Positions 40,195 to 48,554 of a DNA stretch of 64,000 bases are shown here, in pieces. Each line of letters starts with the position of its first letter. Positions within the stretch are counted from its first letter, which is position 1. Location of the stretch: contig NZ_ML137196.1 in assembly GCF_004011805.1 (NCBI RefSeq), forward strand, positions 369,024 to 433,023, given 5' to 3'. This DNA is from Piscinibacter defluvii (GTDB lineage: Bacteria > Pseudomonadota > Gammaproteobacteria > Burkholderiales > Burkholderiaceae_C). Made by a program: the position numbers and the translations under genes. Below the pieces are notes generated by a model. That model searched no databases. It worked only from the letters and a program-made list of their open reading frames with translations, and was not told the DNA's origin.

Positions 40195-41550
40195 CTACAG
40201 GGACTCTGCGCCACGCAGGAACAACTGCGCGTGCCGCTTCACTCCCGTTGAGATGGAGGTCCAGACGCGGTGCGGGAAGCCCTGGGGCAACTGGCCCTCG
40301 ACCTTGCTCAATACGTCCTCGGCACCGTCAGCCATGGCCATCATGCGCTGCCAGACCTTGTCTCCGCATCCGTCAGCCAAGCGATTCCAATGACGCGGCT
40401 GGATGTCCTTGATCCTGTAGTGCGGGTTCTCGCCGCGGACGGCTATGGCCAGCTTGGCCCGCGGATACGCAATCTGATTCGGCCCGTCCCCAATGATCGG
40501 CCAAGCGGACAGTACGTCATACAGCGGCGTCAGGCTGAAGTGGCCCCCTCGTCGGTGCCGGAGAGAGAAGTTCTTGGCGTGCCCATCAGTGGCGGCCATC
40601 AACCAGAACGCGAACTGCGCCAGCGCGAACGTGGCCCGGTCCTCCTCCGCGTGCTCACTTGCAGCGAGAACACGCAGGCAATCTTGCGCCGAGGGACCGC
40701 CGTCGGATTGGTACTTGCGATCCGGCGCGATCCCGAGTGCTTGGCAGAAGTCCTCCTGAGGTAGACGCGCAATCCAGGCTCCTTCCGGAGGCTTGAAGCG
40801 CGCCTTCGTCTCGGCGCCAGCGGCAACGCCCTGCCATCGCCGGTCGAATCGCGTGACGACGAGGGCCTTCGCATCACCGAAGCTCGCCATCTCCGTCGTC
40901 GCCATCTCGAACCCGAGTCCAGACATGATCCGGGCGCACAGCCACTCGTTCTCGACCGAGTCGGTCATGTCGACCCTCATGTTGCCGACCAAGCCCAGGG
41001 GGAGCTTGAGGATGTGGGTCGTGGGCGTCGCGCCGTGAGGGCGATACCACTTGCCCCCCATCCGCAACAGTGCGGTCTTCTCCTGCGCGCCGGCAATGGA
41101 GATGCGGAAGTCGTGGTCGTCACCCTGGCCGAGCGGGCTCTCCGACGTGACCACCCGAAGGAGGTTCTCGACGTCGCGGTCCTTCAGCGGTTGGGCGTCG
41201 ACGCGGTTCCAGCCTCCGGGCTCAGCTCCCGGTGGCAGCAGCTGCACTGCGCCAACACAATCGCGTCCGATGGCTGTGAGCAGATCGAACGCCTCGTCCG
41301 AGCGGGCATGGAAGCGCCGCCGCAATCGGCGGCGAATGTCGGCGCTATCGGGCAGGAGGTTCTCGAAGTAGTGTGTGACCGTGTCTCCGCGGTGTTCGAG
41401 GTCGGCGGTGAAGGGCAATGACAGCGACAGCGCGCGCCCTTCGTCCGAATGCGCCCAGGCCTCGTGGTAGCGCAGCACAGGCGTGCCGGTGCGCAGTGTG
41501 GTCCACACGCCCACGGGCATCCCGTTCATCCAGATGTGGAGTTCGGCCAC
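40195..41550 (-). CDS. hipA: HipA-family serine/threonine kinase toxin (full length)
   Basis: MAELHIWMNGMPVGVWTT... N-terminal domain, then SIAGAQEKTALLR and ATDGHAKNFSL catalytic motifs. 451 aa. It lies immediately downstream of a hipB-like gene. Confidence 0.85.
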   Translation of the reverse strand: MAELHIWMNGMPVGVWTTLRTGTPVLRYHEAWAHSDEGRALSLSLPFTADLEHRGDTVTHYFENLLPDSADIRRRLRRRFHARSDEAFDLLTAIGRDCVGAVQLLPPGAEPGGWNRVDAQPLKDRDVENLLRVVTSESPLGQGDDHDFRISIAGAQEKTALLRMGGKWYRPHGATPTTHILKLPLGLVGNMRVDMTDSVENEWLCARIMSGLGFEMATTEMASFGDAKALVVTRFDRRWQGVAAGAETKARFKPPEGAWIARLPQEDFCQALGIAPDRKYQSDGGPSAQDCLRVLAASEHAEEDRATFALAQFAFWLMAATDGHAKNFSLRHRRGGHFSLTPLYDVLSAWPIIGDGPNQIAYPRAKLAIAVRGENPHYRIKDIQPRHWNRLADGCGDKVWQRMMAMADGAEDVLSKVEGQLPQGFPHRVWTSISTGVKRHAQLFLRGAESL

Positions 41551-41559
41551 GGCTCGCCC

Positions 41560-41838
41560 CTACCAGGGCTCTTCCGTCGGGCGACGCTTCCCGGCCGCGG
41601 CGCCGGAGACGGCGGCCTCGGCGCCCGTGGGGCGCAGCGCCATCTGCACACCCAACGCGCTCAGGATGCTGAGGAACTGCTCCAAGCTGATCGCTGTCGG
41701 ATCGCGCTCGATGCGTGCGATCCGCGTCTGCCCGACGCCCAACATGGCGCCGAGCTGCATCTGGCTCAGGCCTCGTGCCTTGCGCAGTGCACGAAGCTGG
41801 CTGGAGAGCTGGCCAGGGGTTTGGATGAGGTATTCCAT
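41560..41838 (-). CDS. hipB: HipB-like XRE-family HTH antitoxin or transcriptional regulator
   Basis: LRALRKARGLSQMQLGAMLGVGQTRIARIERDP is an XRE helix-turn-helix. 92 aa. The gene is 9 nt upstream of hipA. Confidence 0.8.
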   Translation of the reverse strand: MEYLIQTPGQLSSQLRALRKARGLSQMQLGAMLGVGQTRIARIERDPTAISLEQFLSILSALGVQMALRPTGAEAAVSGAAAGKRRPTEEPW

Positions 41839-42070
41839 ACCGGAACACTTTATGCCTTAGGAAGCATTTGTGCAATAAATGCCTCTGAAAGCATTATCGC
41901 GATTCATGCCCTTAAGGGCATACCGCTGCGCTCAGGCCCAGCCACCGAGGCGACCACGCGACGATCCGTGAACAAGTTTGCGCTGGCGCCGCAGTTCACC
42001 GCACAGGCAGGCTCACGCCGGCGCGCCAAACGAGAATTCGCCCAACCCGCCATTGCCCGGAACACAACGC

Positions 42071-42790
42071 ATGTTGCGAACGCTAGAGCGCCGCCTCCTG
42101 AGGCTTCTGCTCCGCCGAGCGGAGCGAAGGCAGGACGTGGCCACGGAGGCCGAGCGACTGGATCTGATGAGCCGCCGAGACTTGCCGACCGGCCTCATCA
42201 ACCGCCTGGCCTTCATGGAGGAACTCCAGCGAGTCCGGACTGCAGGCACGTCCGGAACGCTGATGATCATCGACATCGACCTGTTCAAGCTGATCAACGA
42301 CAGGCATGGACACGCGGTCGGTGACGAAGTCCTGCGCGCACTCGCAAACCGAATCAGGACGCCACTGCCATCCAGCAGCTTGGTAGCGCGGCTTGGAGGC
42401 GACGAGTTCGTCGCCTTCGTGCCGATGCCTCTCGAGCGAGGCGCCGAGCTGGCGGACCGATGCGTCGAAGCAGCACGTGTGCCGATCGCACTGGCAGACG
42501 GGCAGGAGCTGCGGGTCACGATCACCGTGGGTGTCGCGTCGCTTGCTGCACAAGCGAGCATCGAGAAGACGCTGTCCGCGGCCGACCAGGCCCTGTATGC
42601 GGCCAAGGAGGCGGGGCGCGACCGCATCCAAGTCTTTGACGACGACACCGCAGGCATCGTCGGAGCGCGCCGCTCGCTGGCGGCCGCGGTGGCCACACCC
42701 TTCAGGAGCGCAACCAGCAACTGCTCAAGCGTGTCGAGCTCGATGCGCTGACAGGCCTGCGTAACCGTCACGCGCTGGACCAGATCCTCG
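42071..42790 (+). pseudogene. decayed diguanylate cyclase gene (one GGDEF domain plus the start of a second, frameshifted and truncated)
   Basis: MLRTLERRLL... RLGGDEFVAF is a GGDEF domain. After about 42650 the frame degenerates. A different frame encodes LQERNQQLLKRVELDALTGLRNRHALDQILD, the canonical beginning of a second GGDEF domain. That domain is cut off where the convergent methyltransferase-PLD ORF ends. Confidence 0.55.
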
Positions 42791-43720
42791 ACACGACCTG
42801 CGGCGGGCCCGATGGACAGCGAAGATGTAGGCCTTGAGGTGAAAGCTGCTGCCCTGCGTCACGAAGACACGCACGTCGGCGCCCTGCTCGCGCAGCAGCA
42901 AGAGCAGACGCAGTGCTTCAGGGTCGGTGATGTCCAGATAGTCGCTGGTCAGGACACGGACACGGCGCTTCGCCTCCGGTGCGAGGACCGCCTGCAGATC
43001 AGGCAGCAGTAGCCGCAGCCCCGTGGTCTTTATGAAGGCGACGGCCAGGTCGACTTCCGTAGCGCTTGCGATCGCCGCCGAGAGGTGTGGCAGGAAGTGG
43101 TCGGCTTCGCCGGTGACGAGTCGCCGGCCGCTTGGCGGCGCCTTCATGACGAGCGCGTTCGTCCATGCCTCGTCTCGCTCGGGGCGCTGGTCTCGCGTCA
43201 GCCAGACTTCTATGCCGAGCACCTCGGCGAACGGCCTGAACCAGGTCCGAATCGTCTCCTCGTCGGCGTCGGTGAAGCGCCGGCCGTTGTGGAGTCGCTC
43301 GCCACGGCCGTGCTTGAGGCTCAAGTAGAGCGTGCCGCCCGGCGCCAGCGCGGCCCAAAGCCGCGACAGCGCGTCTTGCATCTCGGAGAGCGGGACATGG
43401 AGTAGGCTGGCGCAGCACCAGATCCCGTCATAGGCGGCGGTCTCATCGACATCCTCGAATCGGCGAACGCCGACTTCAAAGCCGCAATGCTCGGTGGCCA
43501 AGGAGGCAAGTTCGGGCGTGGCGTCGAACGCGGTGACCGAGAAGCCCAATGCGGCGAACGCCTTGGCGTCTCGTCCCGAGCCGCAGCCTGCGTCGAGGAT
43601 TCGGGCACCGGCTGGGATGTAGGCGAGAAACCGCTGCCGAATCGCCGCCATGTCGACGGCAACTGTGGTGCGAAAGAACTCGGCAGCGAACTGTCGGTAG
43701 TACTCGACGCTGTCGCTCAT
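42725..43720 (-). CDS. SAM-dependent methyltransferase fused to a PLD-like (HxK) nuclease-type domain; probably 3-prime truncated
   Basis: N-terminus has MSDSVEYYRQF...ILDAGCGSGRDA (methyltransferase motif I). The C-terminal part has EVDLAVAFIKTTGLRLL...RVLTSDYLDITDPEALRLL...GADVRVF...FHLKAYIF (PLD/HKD-like HxK motif). The protein ends shortly afterwards in low-complexity read-through that overlaps the decayed GGDEF gene. Confidence 0.55.
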   Translation of the reverse strand: MSDSVEYYRQFAAEFFRTTVAVDMAAIRQRFLAYIPAGARILDAGCGSGRDAKAFAALGFSVTAFDATPELASLATEHCGFEVGVRRFEDVDETAAYDGIWCCASLLHVPLSEMQDALSRLWAALAPGGTLYLSLKHGRGERLHNGRRFTDADEETIRTWFRPFAEVLGIEVWLTRDQRPERDEAWTNALVMKAPPSGRRLVTGEADHFLPHLSAAIASATEVDLAVAFIKTTGLRLLLPDLQAVLAPEAKRRVRVLTSDYLDITDPEALRLLLLLREQGADVRVFVTQGSSFHLKAYIFAVHRARRRSCRGSGPARDGYAGLSAHRARHA

Positions 43721-43737
43721 CCCCTAGCCGCATTGAT

Positions 43738-44337
43738 GTCTTATTGCGGCGAGCCTACCCACCTCTCGAAGGTCAATTCAAGGACTTCCAGGCCTTCTTC
43801 CAGGACTGGCTGGACATTCCTCGCGACCTACCCATCGCGAAGGTGGTCAATGCGCTGACGAGTCTCAACACAATTGCCGACCGCGCCGAGCGAGAGAAAG
43901 AGGCGCTCGCCATCTACAAGCGCGCGGAGAAGGTACTGCGGCCCGCCTTCGGCAAGCCAGTGCCGCGACCGAGTTGGATGTCCGTTTTCGAGAACGAGGC
44001 CGTTTTCGTGGACCACCATGGCCGGCTCGTGGAAACGAGCGAATCCCTCTACGCAAACGACGCGCCAGCCATCGCCGAGCTCTTCCAGGATGAGGAAGAT
44101 CTGTCCTTCCTTGCAGTGCCGAGAGAGGACGTGCCGCGGCTCAGCGATTCGGTCACGCATCGTTTCAACTTCGAGGCTCTCGGCTTTGCCGTCACCCCAC
44201 AGCCTTCAGCCTATGGCGCGAAGGTATTGGCCCTGGCCGATAAGTTGACGGAACTTGCTGTAGCTTGTTTATTGCGTTCACAGGCCACGGCTTATACGAT
44301 GTGCCATGGTCGCTGCCTTCCCTGTCCGCTTCCCTGA
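43738..44337 (+). pseudogene. gene remnant without start codon (hypothetical protein fragment)
   Basis: AT-richer stretch with protein-like translation ...EALAIYKRAEKVLRPAFGKPVPRPSWMSVFENEAVFVDHHGRLVETSESLYANDAPAIAELFQDEEDLSF.... No ATG follows the preceding stop, and the stretch runs into hipB. Confidence 0.3.
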
Positions 44338-44677
44338 TCAACTCCGCCAGCATCTGCGGGCGCTGAGAAAACGGCATGGCCTGACTCAGGCCCAACTCGG
44401 CGCACTCATCGGTGTCAGCCAGGCGCGAATCGCGGAGATCGAAGCGAACCCGGGCCTCGTCAACTTCGAGCAGTTGATGAAGCTGCTGTCCGTGCTGGGG
44501 GTCTCGCTGACCCTGCAGGAGGAAGCGGTCGCGCCGGTCGCCGCCCGCGCCCCTGCGGTCAAGGCCTCGAAGCCGAAAGCCCCCAAGCCACAGCCCAAGC
44601 CATCAAGCAGACCGCCTGAGGCTGAGGCCGAATCCCGTCGTACCCTCGTGGCCCGCCCCAAGAAGGGCTCGTGGTGA
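44306..44677 (+). CDS. hipB: HipB-like XRE-family HTH protein with a Lys/Pro-rich tail
   Basis: LRALRKRHGLTQAQLGALIGVSQARIAEIEANP is an XRE HTH. The stop overlaps the downstream hipA start by 7 nt. Confidence 0.75.
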   Translation: MVAAFPVRFPDQLRQHLRALRKRHGLTQAQLGALIGVSQARIAEIEANPGLVNFEQLMKLLSVLGVSLTLQEEAVAPVAARAPAVKASKPKAPKPQPKPSSRPPEAEAESRRTLVARPKKGSW

Positions 44678-45993
44678 CCCAGTCGCTCAACGCCTGGATG
44701 AACGGTGAGCGGGTCGGCACCTGGATCGTCGACCGGAACTCGCACGCCTTCCGCTACGAGCCATCCTGGCTGGAGTCGCCACGCCGGCGGTCGCTTTCGC
44801 TCTCCCTACTCATCAGCGGATCGCTGGAGATCCAGGGTCAGCAGGTCCGCAACTACTTCGACAACCTGCTGCCGGACAACGAACGGATCCGCTCGCGCCT
44901 GCGCCGGCGCTTCGGCCTGCGCTCGGGCGAGATCTTCGACCTGCTGGAGGCCATCGGCCGGGACTGCGTGGGCGCTGTGCAGCTCCTGCCCGAGGGCATC
45001 ACCCCGGAGGGTTGGGATCGGATCGAGTGCGATCCGCTGACCGAGGCGCAAATCGTCGACCTGCTGCAGGCGGTGCCGTCGGACACCGACCCCGGGTCGA
45101 TCCACGACGACGACCTGTTCCGCATCTCCATCGCCGGCGCGCAGGAGAAAACCGCACTCACCCGGTGGAAGGGCAAGTGGTGCCGGCCGCATGGCGCCAC
45201 GCCCACCACCCACATCATCAAGCTGCCGCTGGGTCTCATCGGTGGCTCGAAGCGGGTAGATGCGTCGGACTCGGTCCAGAACGAATGGCTGTGCGCGCAG
45301 ATCGTCGCGGAGCTCGGGCTGCCGGTCGCCTCCACTTCGATGGAGACCTTCGGCGAACAGACCGTGCTGGTCGTCGAGCGGTTCGACCGGGAGTGGATGG
45401 ACAAGGGGAAGTGGATCGCACGCCTACCCCAGGAAGACTTCTGCCAGGCGCTCGGCGTTGGACCGGATCGGAAGTACGAGCAAGGCGGCGGCCCCGGCAT
45501 GCAGAAGTGCCTGCAATTACTGCAGGGCAGTGCAGACCGTGAGGACACGACCCTCTTCCTGCTCACGCAGCTGGCGTTCCTGCTGATGGCGGCCACCGAC
45601 GGCCATGCCAAGAACTTCTCGATCTATCTCGATCGCGGCGATGCCTATCGGATGACGCCGCTCTACGACGTCCTGTCGATGTGGCCCTACTACGGTGACG
45701 GCGCCAACCAGTTCAGGCCGCGCAAGGCGGGCCTGGCGATGGCCGTGCGCTCGAAGAACGCGCATTACCTGTTCCACACGATCCAGGCGCGCCACTGGCA
45801 GCAACTGGCGGCCAAACACGGAGGGGACACAGTGTGGGCCGCGATGATCGAGCTCGTCAGCAGCGTCGAGGTCGCGCTCGCGCGATTGGAGCAACGGCTG
45901 CCCAAGGACTTCCCGGCCCACACCTGGGAGAGCATCTCGACCGGCATGAGGAGCGAAGCAACGCGGTTCCTGAGGGAAGCTGGACTGCTCTAG
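44671..45993 (+). CDS. hipA: HipA-family serine/threonine kinase toxin (full length)
   Basis: MVTQSLNAWMNGERVGTW..., RISIAGAQEKTAL and ATDGHAKNFSIYL. 440 aa. Confidence 0.85.
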   Translation: MVTQSLNAWMNGERVGTWIVDRNSHAFRYEPSWLESPRRRSLSLSLLISGSLEIQGQQVRNYFDNLLPDNERIRSRLRRRFGLRSGEIFDLLEAIGRDCVGAVQLLPEGITPEGWDRIECDPLTEAQIVDLLQAVPSDTDPGSIHDDDLFRISIAGAQEKTALTRWKGKWCRPHGATPTTHIIKLPLGLIGGSKRVDASDSVQNEWLCAQIVAELGLPVASTSMETFGEQTVLVVERFDREWMDKGKWIARLPQEDFCQALGVGPDRKYEQGGGPGMQKCLQLLQGSADREDTTLFLLTQLAFLLMAATDGHAKNFSIYLDRGDAYRMTPLYDVLSMWPYYGDGANQFRPRKAGLAMAVRSKNAHYLFHTIQARHWQQLAAKHGGDTVWAAMIELVSSVEVALARLEQRLPKDFPAHTWESISTGMRSEATRFLREAGLL

Positions 45994-46205
45994 TGCGACA
46001 CCTGCGGTCGTTCTGCAGTCCAGTGGTCAACGTCGCTTCGCCGCCAGCCCACGGCACGCACCGACAGCTGGACCGGCGACGGAAACTGCCCGGCCGCCAG
46101 CAGCCGGTAGATCGTCGATCGACCGAGCCCGGTCAGGCGCATGACTTCCGGCAGGCGGAGGATCGCCGGTGGAGTGGCTTCCGTCGCGAATCGCAGGTGC
46201 TGCAT
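45990..46205 (-). CDS. alpA: AlpA-family phage/island transcriptional regulator (excisionase-like)
   Basis: MRLTGLGRSTIYRLLAAGQFPSPVQLSVRAVGWRRSDVDHW is the AlpA/MerR-like HTH signature. 71 aa. It lies directly downstream of the integrase on the same strand. Confidence 0.7.
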   Translation of the reverse strand: MQHLRFATEATPPAILRLPEVMRLTGLGRSTIYRLLAAGQFPSPVQLSVRAVGWRRSDVDHWTAERPQVSH

Positions 46206-46284
46206 GCGGCTTCCCTCGGTGATGTGCCTCGGGAAACTCTAGGCGCTCGCGGCACGTCATGAGCCGCAAGATTTCGACGCAGAT

Positions 46285-47571
46285 TCAGCGCTTCGCGCCT
46301 GCGCTGTCGGTCGGCGCCTTGCGAAGCTTGTCCAGATAGTCTGCCCAAGCCTGCATCATCTTCCGCCGCTGTTCGAGGAACTCGGTGCGGTTGTACGCGC
46401 GGCCGAGTGCGTCCTGCACCGAGTGTGCGAGCTGCGCCTCGATCACGTGGGGATCGAAACCGAGTCGCTCGTGCAGCATCGTCCGCGCCGTCGCGCGGAA
46501 GCCGTGGCCCGTCACCTCGTCGGTCGGGAAGCCCATCGCGCGCAGCGCGGCGTTGACGGTGTTGTCGCTCATCGGGCGGTCGTGATGGCGCTCGCCGCGG
46601 AACACCATAGGCCCGTTGCCGGTCAGCGGCTGCAGGTCGCGCAGCACCGCGACCGCCTGGCGCGAGAGCGGCACCAGGTGCGGCGCGCCGTGCAGCTTCT
46701 GACGCAGCTCCCGCTTCATCCGCATGGACGGCACGGTCCACAGCGCGTCGTCGAGATCGATCTCGGTCCACTCGGCGAAACGCAGTTCGCCGGGGCGCAA
46801 CAGCAGCATCGGCGCGAGCCGCAGCGCGGCGCGGACGACTGGCGTCGCCGCATAGTGGTCGATCGCGCGCAGCAGCTCGCCAAAGCGGGCCGGCTCGGTG
46901 ATCGCGGGGAAGTGCTTCGTCATCGGCCGCCGCAGGGCGCCCTTCAGATCGCGGGCCGGGTTGCTCGACGCCTTGCCCGTGGCCACCGCGTAGCGCAGCG
47001 CCTGGCTGCAGTCCTGCAGCGCGCGGTGCGCCGTCTCGACCACGCCGCGCGCCTCGATGCGACGGATCACCTCGAGCAGCGGGGGCGCCGTCAGCTCGGC
47101 CACCGGCACCTTGCCGATCCACGGGAAGACGTCGTTCTCGAAGCGGGCGATGATCTTGTCGCCGTAGCTTCTCGCCCAGCCGTCCTTGCGCACGGCATAC
47201 CACTCACGGGCGACTTCCTCGAACGAGCCGCGCGGCGGCAGCCCGTCGGCGACACGCTTCTTGTCTTCGTAGGCCTCGACCTGCGCCTGCCGCTCGGCCT
47301 TGCGCTGCTGGCTGGGGTCGAAGCCCTCCGCCAGAAGCCGCCGCGCCGCATCGGCCTTGCGGCGCGCGATGGCCAGCGTCGTGTCCGGGTAGTTGCCGAA
47401 AGACAGCATGTTGCGCCGGCCGGCGAAGCGATAGTCGAACCGCCACCCGTGCTCGCCAGGCTTCACGAAGAGCAACAGGACGAGCCCGTCGCCATCGCTG
47501 ATTCGCTTGCGCGGATCGCCCGGCTTGATGGCCTTGAGGAAGGTGTCCGAGGGGATGAGATAACGAGCCAT
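46285..47571 (-). CDS. int: tyrosine recombinase, P4-type (DUF4102 N-terminal domain) integrase
   Basis: N-terminus MARYLIPSDTFLKAIKPGDPRKRISDGDGLVLLLFVKPGEHGWRFDYRFAGRR...; C-terminal catalytic region ...HGFRATARTMLHE...LAHS... The start is 182 nt from the 3-prime end of tRNA-Phe. Confidence 0.9.
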   Translation of the reverse strand: MARYLIPSDTFLKAIKPGDPRKRISDGDGLVLLLFVKPGEHGWRFDYRFAGRRNMLSFGNYPDTTLAIARRKADAARRLLAEGFDPSQQRKAERQAQVEAYEDKKRVADGLPPRGSFEEVAREWYAVRKDGWARSYGDKIIARFENDVFPWIGKVPVAELTAPPLLEVIRRIEARGVVETAHRALQDCSQALRYAVATGKASSNPARDLKGALRRPMTKHFPAITEPARFGELLRAIDHYAATPVVRAALRLAPMLLLRPGELRFAEWTEIDLDDALWTVPSMRMKRELRQKLHGAPHLVPLSRQAVAVLRDLQPLTGNGPMVFRGERHHDRPMSDNTVNAALRAMGFPTDEVTGHGFRATARTMLHERLGFDPHVIEAQLAHSVQDALGRAYNRTEFLEQRRKMMQAWADYLDKLRKAPTDSAGAKR

Positions 47572-47674
47572 GGAGTAAACGCCCTGTTTTCGGCCCTACT
47601 CCAGGCCGCTACTCCAGAACGTACTCCTCGATCCCCGAGAACGTCAGGGTCGGCTTGCAACCGTGTGAGACAAC

Positions 47675-47712
47675 AAAAAAGCCCTAGAGCGTTGATTCTC
47701 TAGGGCTTTCTG
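47675..47712 (-). terminator. rho-independent terminator downstream of tRNA-Phe
   Basis: The plus strand reads aaaaaa-gccctagagcgttgattctctagggc-ttt. On the minus strand this is a GC-rich hairpin followed by TTTTTTG. Confidence 0.6.
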
Positions 47713-47752
47713 GACTTCGTGGGACGACTTGGAACGTCCCGAAATCGTCGTC

Positions 47753-47828
47753 TGGTGGCCAAGGGCGGAATCGAACCACCGACACGCGGATTTTCAATCC
47801 GCTGCTCTACCAACTGAGCTACTTGGCC
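47753..47828 (-). tRNA. tRNA-Phe (anticodon GAA)
   Basis: Manual cloverleaf: GGCCAAG-TA-GCTC-AGTTGGTA-GAGC-A-GCGGA-TTGAAAA-TCCGC-GTGTC-GGTGG-TTCGATT-CCGCC-CTTGGCC-A-CCA. All stems pair and the CCA is encoded. Confidence 0.9.
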
Positions 47829-47855
47829 GCGAGCCGGCGATTATAGCCGGGCTTC

Positions 47856-48548
47856 TCAGAGCGGCCCGCCGCGCTTGTTGCGCGAGAGGTCGACACCGAG
47901 CTGCTTGAGCTTGCGGTACAGGTGCGTGCGCTCCAGGCCGGTCTTCTCGGCCACACGCGTCATGCTGCCGTTCTCCTGCGCCAGGTGGAACTCGAAGTAG
48001 CTCTTCTCGAAGGCATCACGCGCCTCGCGCAGCGGGCGGTCGAGGTCGAAGCTCTGCTCGGACTGCGGGCCCAACATCAGCGGCGTGGTGGGCAGCATCG
48101 CACCGCCGGTCATCGCGGCCTCGACGGTGAGCGCGGCATCGATGCCGTGGTGGTTGCCGCCGGGCAGCGGCGCGGCAGGGCGCACCGGCTTGGCCAGCCC
48201 CTGCTCGACGGCGCGCAGCAGCTTCTGCAGGGTGATCGGCTTCTCGAGGAAGGCCATCGCACCGTACTTGGTGGCCTCCACCGCGGTGTCGATCGTGCCG
48301 TGCCCGCTCATCATGATCACCGGCATGTTCAGCTGGCCGGTGGCGCCCCATTCCTTCAGCAGCGTGATGCCGTCGACATCGGGCATCCAGATGTCGAGCA
48401 GCACGAGGTCGGGGCGCAGGCGCTCGCGCACCGCACGGGCATCGGCCGCGTTCTCGGCGACTTCGACGGTGTGGCCCTCGTCGTTCAGGATCTCCGACAG
48501 CAGGGCACGGATGCCGAGTTCGTCGTCAACAACAAGAATGGTCGCCAT
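47856..48548 (-). CDS. two-component response regulator (REC domain plus C-terminal Fis-type HTH; no AAA+ domain)
   Basis: MATILVVDDELGIRALL...LLDIWMPDVDG (REC) and a C-terminal ...RTHLYRKLKQLGV (HTH_8). 230 aa. It lies immediately downstream of the sensor kinase. Confidence 0.8.
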   Translation of the reverse strand: MATILVVDDELGIRALLSEILNDEGHTVEVAENAADARAVRERLRPDLVLLDIWMPDVDGITLLKEWGATGQLNMPVIMMSGHGTIDTAVEATKYGAMAFLEKPITLQKLLRAVEQGLAKPVRPAAPLPGGNHHGIDAALTVEAAMTGGAMLPTTPLMLGPQSEQSFDLDRPLREARDAFEKSYFEFHLAQENGSMTRVAEKTGLERTHLYRKLKQLGVDLSRNKRGGPL

Positions 48549-48554
48549 GGATGG

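Larger units (their letters stand above)
37600..47830. mobile_element. putative genomic island integrated at tRNA-Phe (P4-type integrase and AlpA at the tRNA-proximal end; hipBA-rich, partly decayed cargo)
   Basis: The integrase and alpA lie directly adjacent to the 3-prime end of tRNA-Phe. The cargo region is visibly more A/T-rich than the flanks (for example 39.0-41.0 kb and 43.7-44.3 kb) and contains truncated or frameshifted genes. The left boundary was not located, and no att direct repeat was found by eye. Confidence 0.5.

Noticed and set aside
46133-47203. 356-aa minus-strand ORF overlapping the integrase in another frame
   Set aside because: Arg-rich low-complexity composition. The integrase frame has clear tyrosine-recombinase and DUF4102 sequence.
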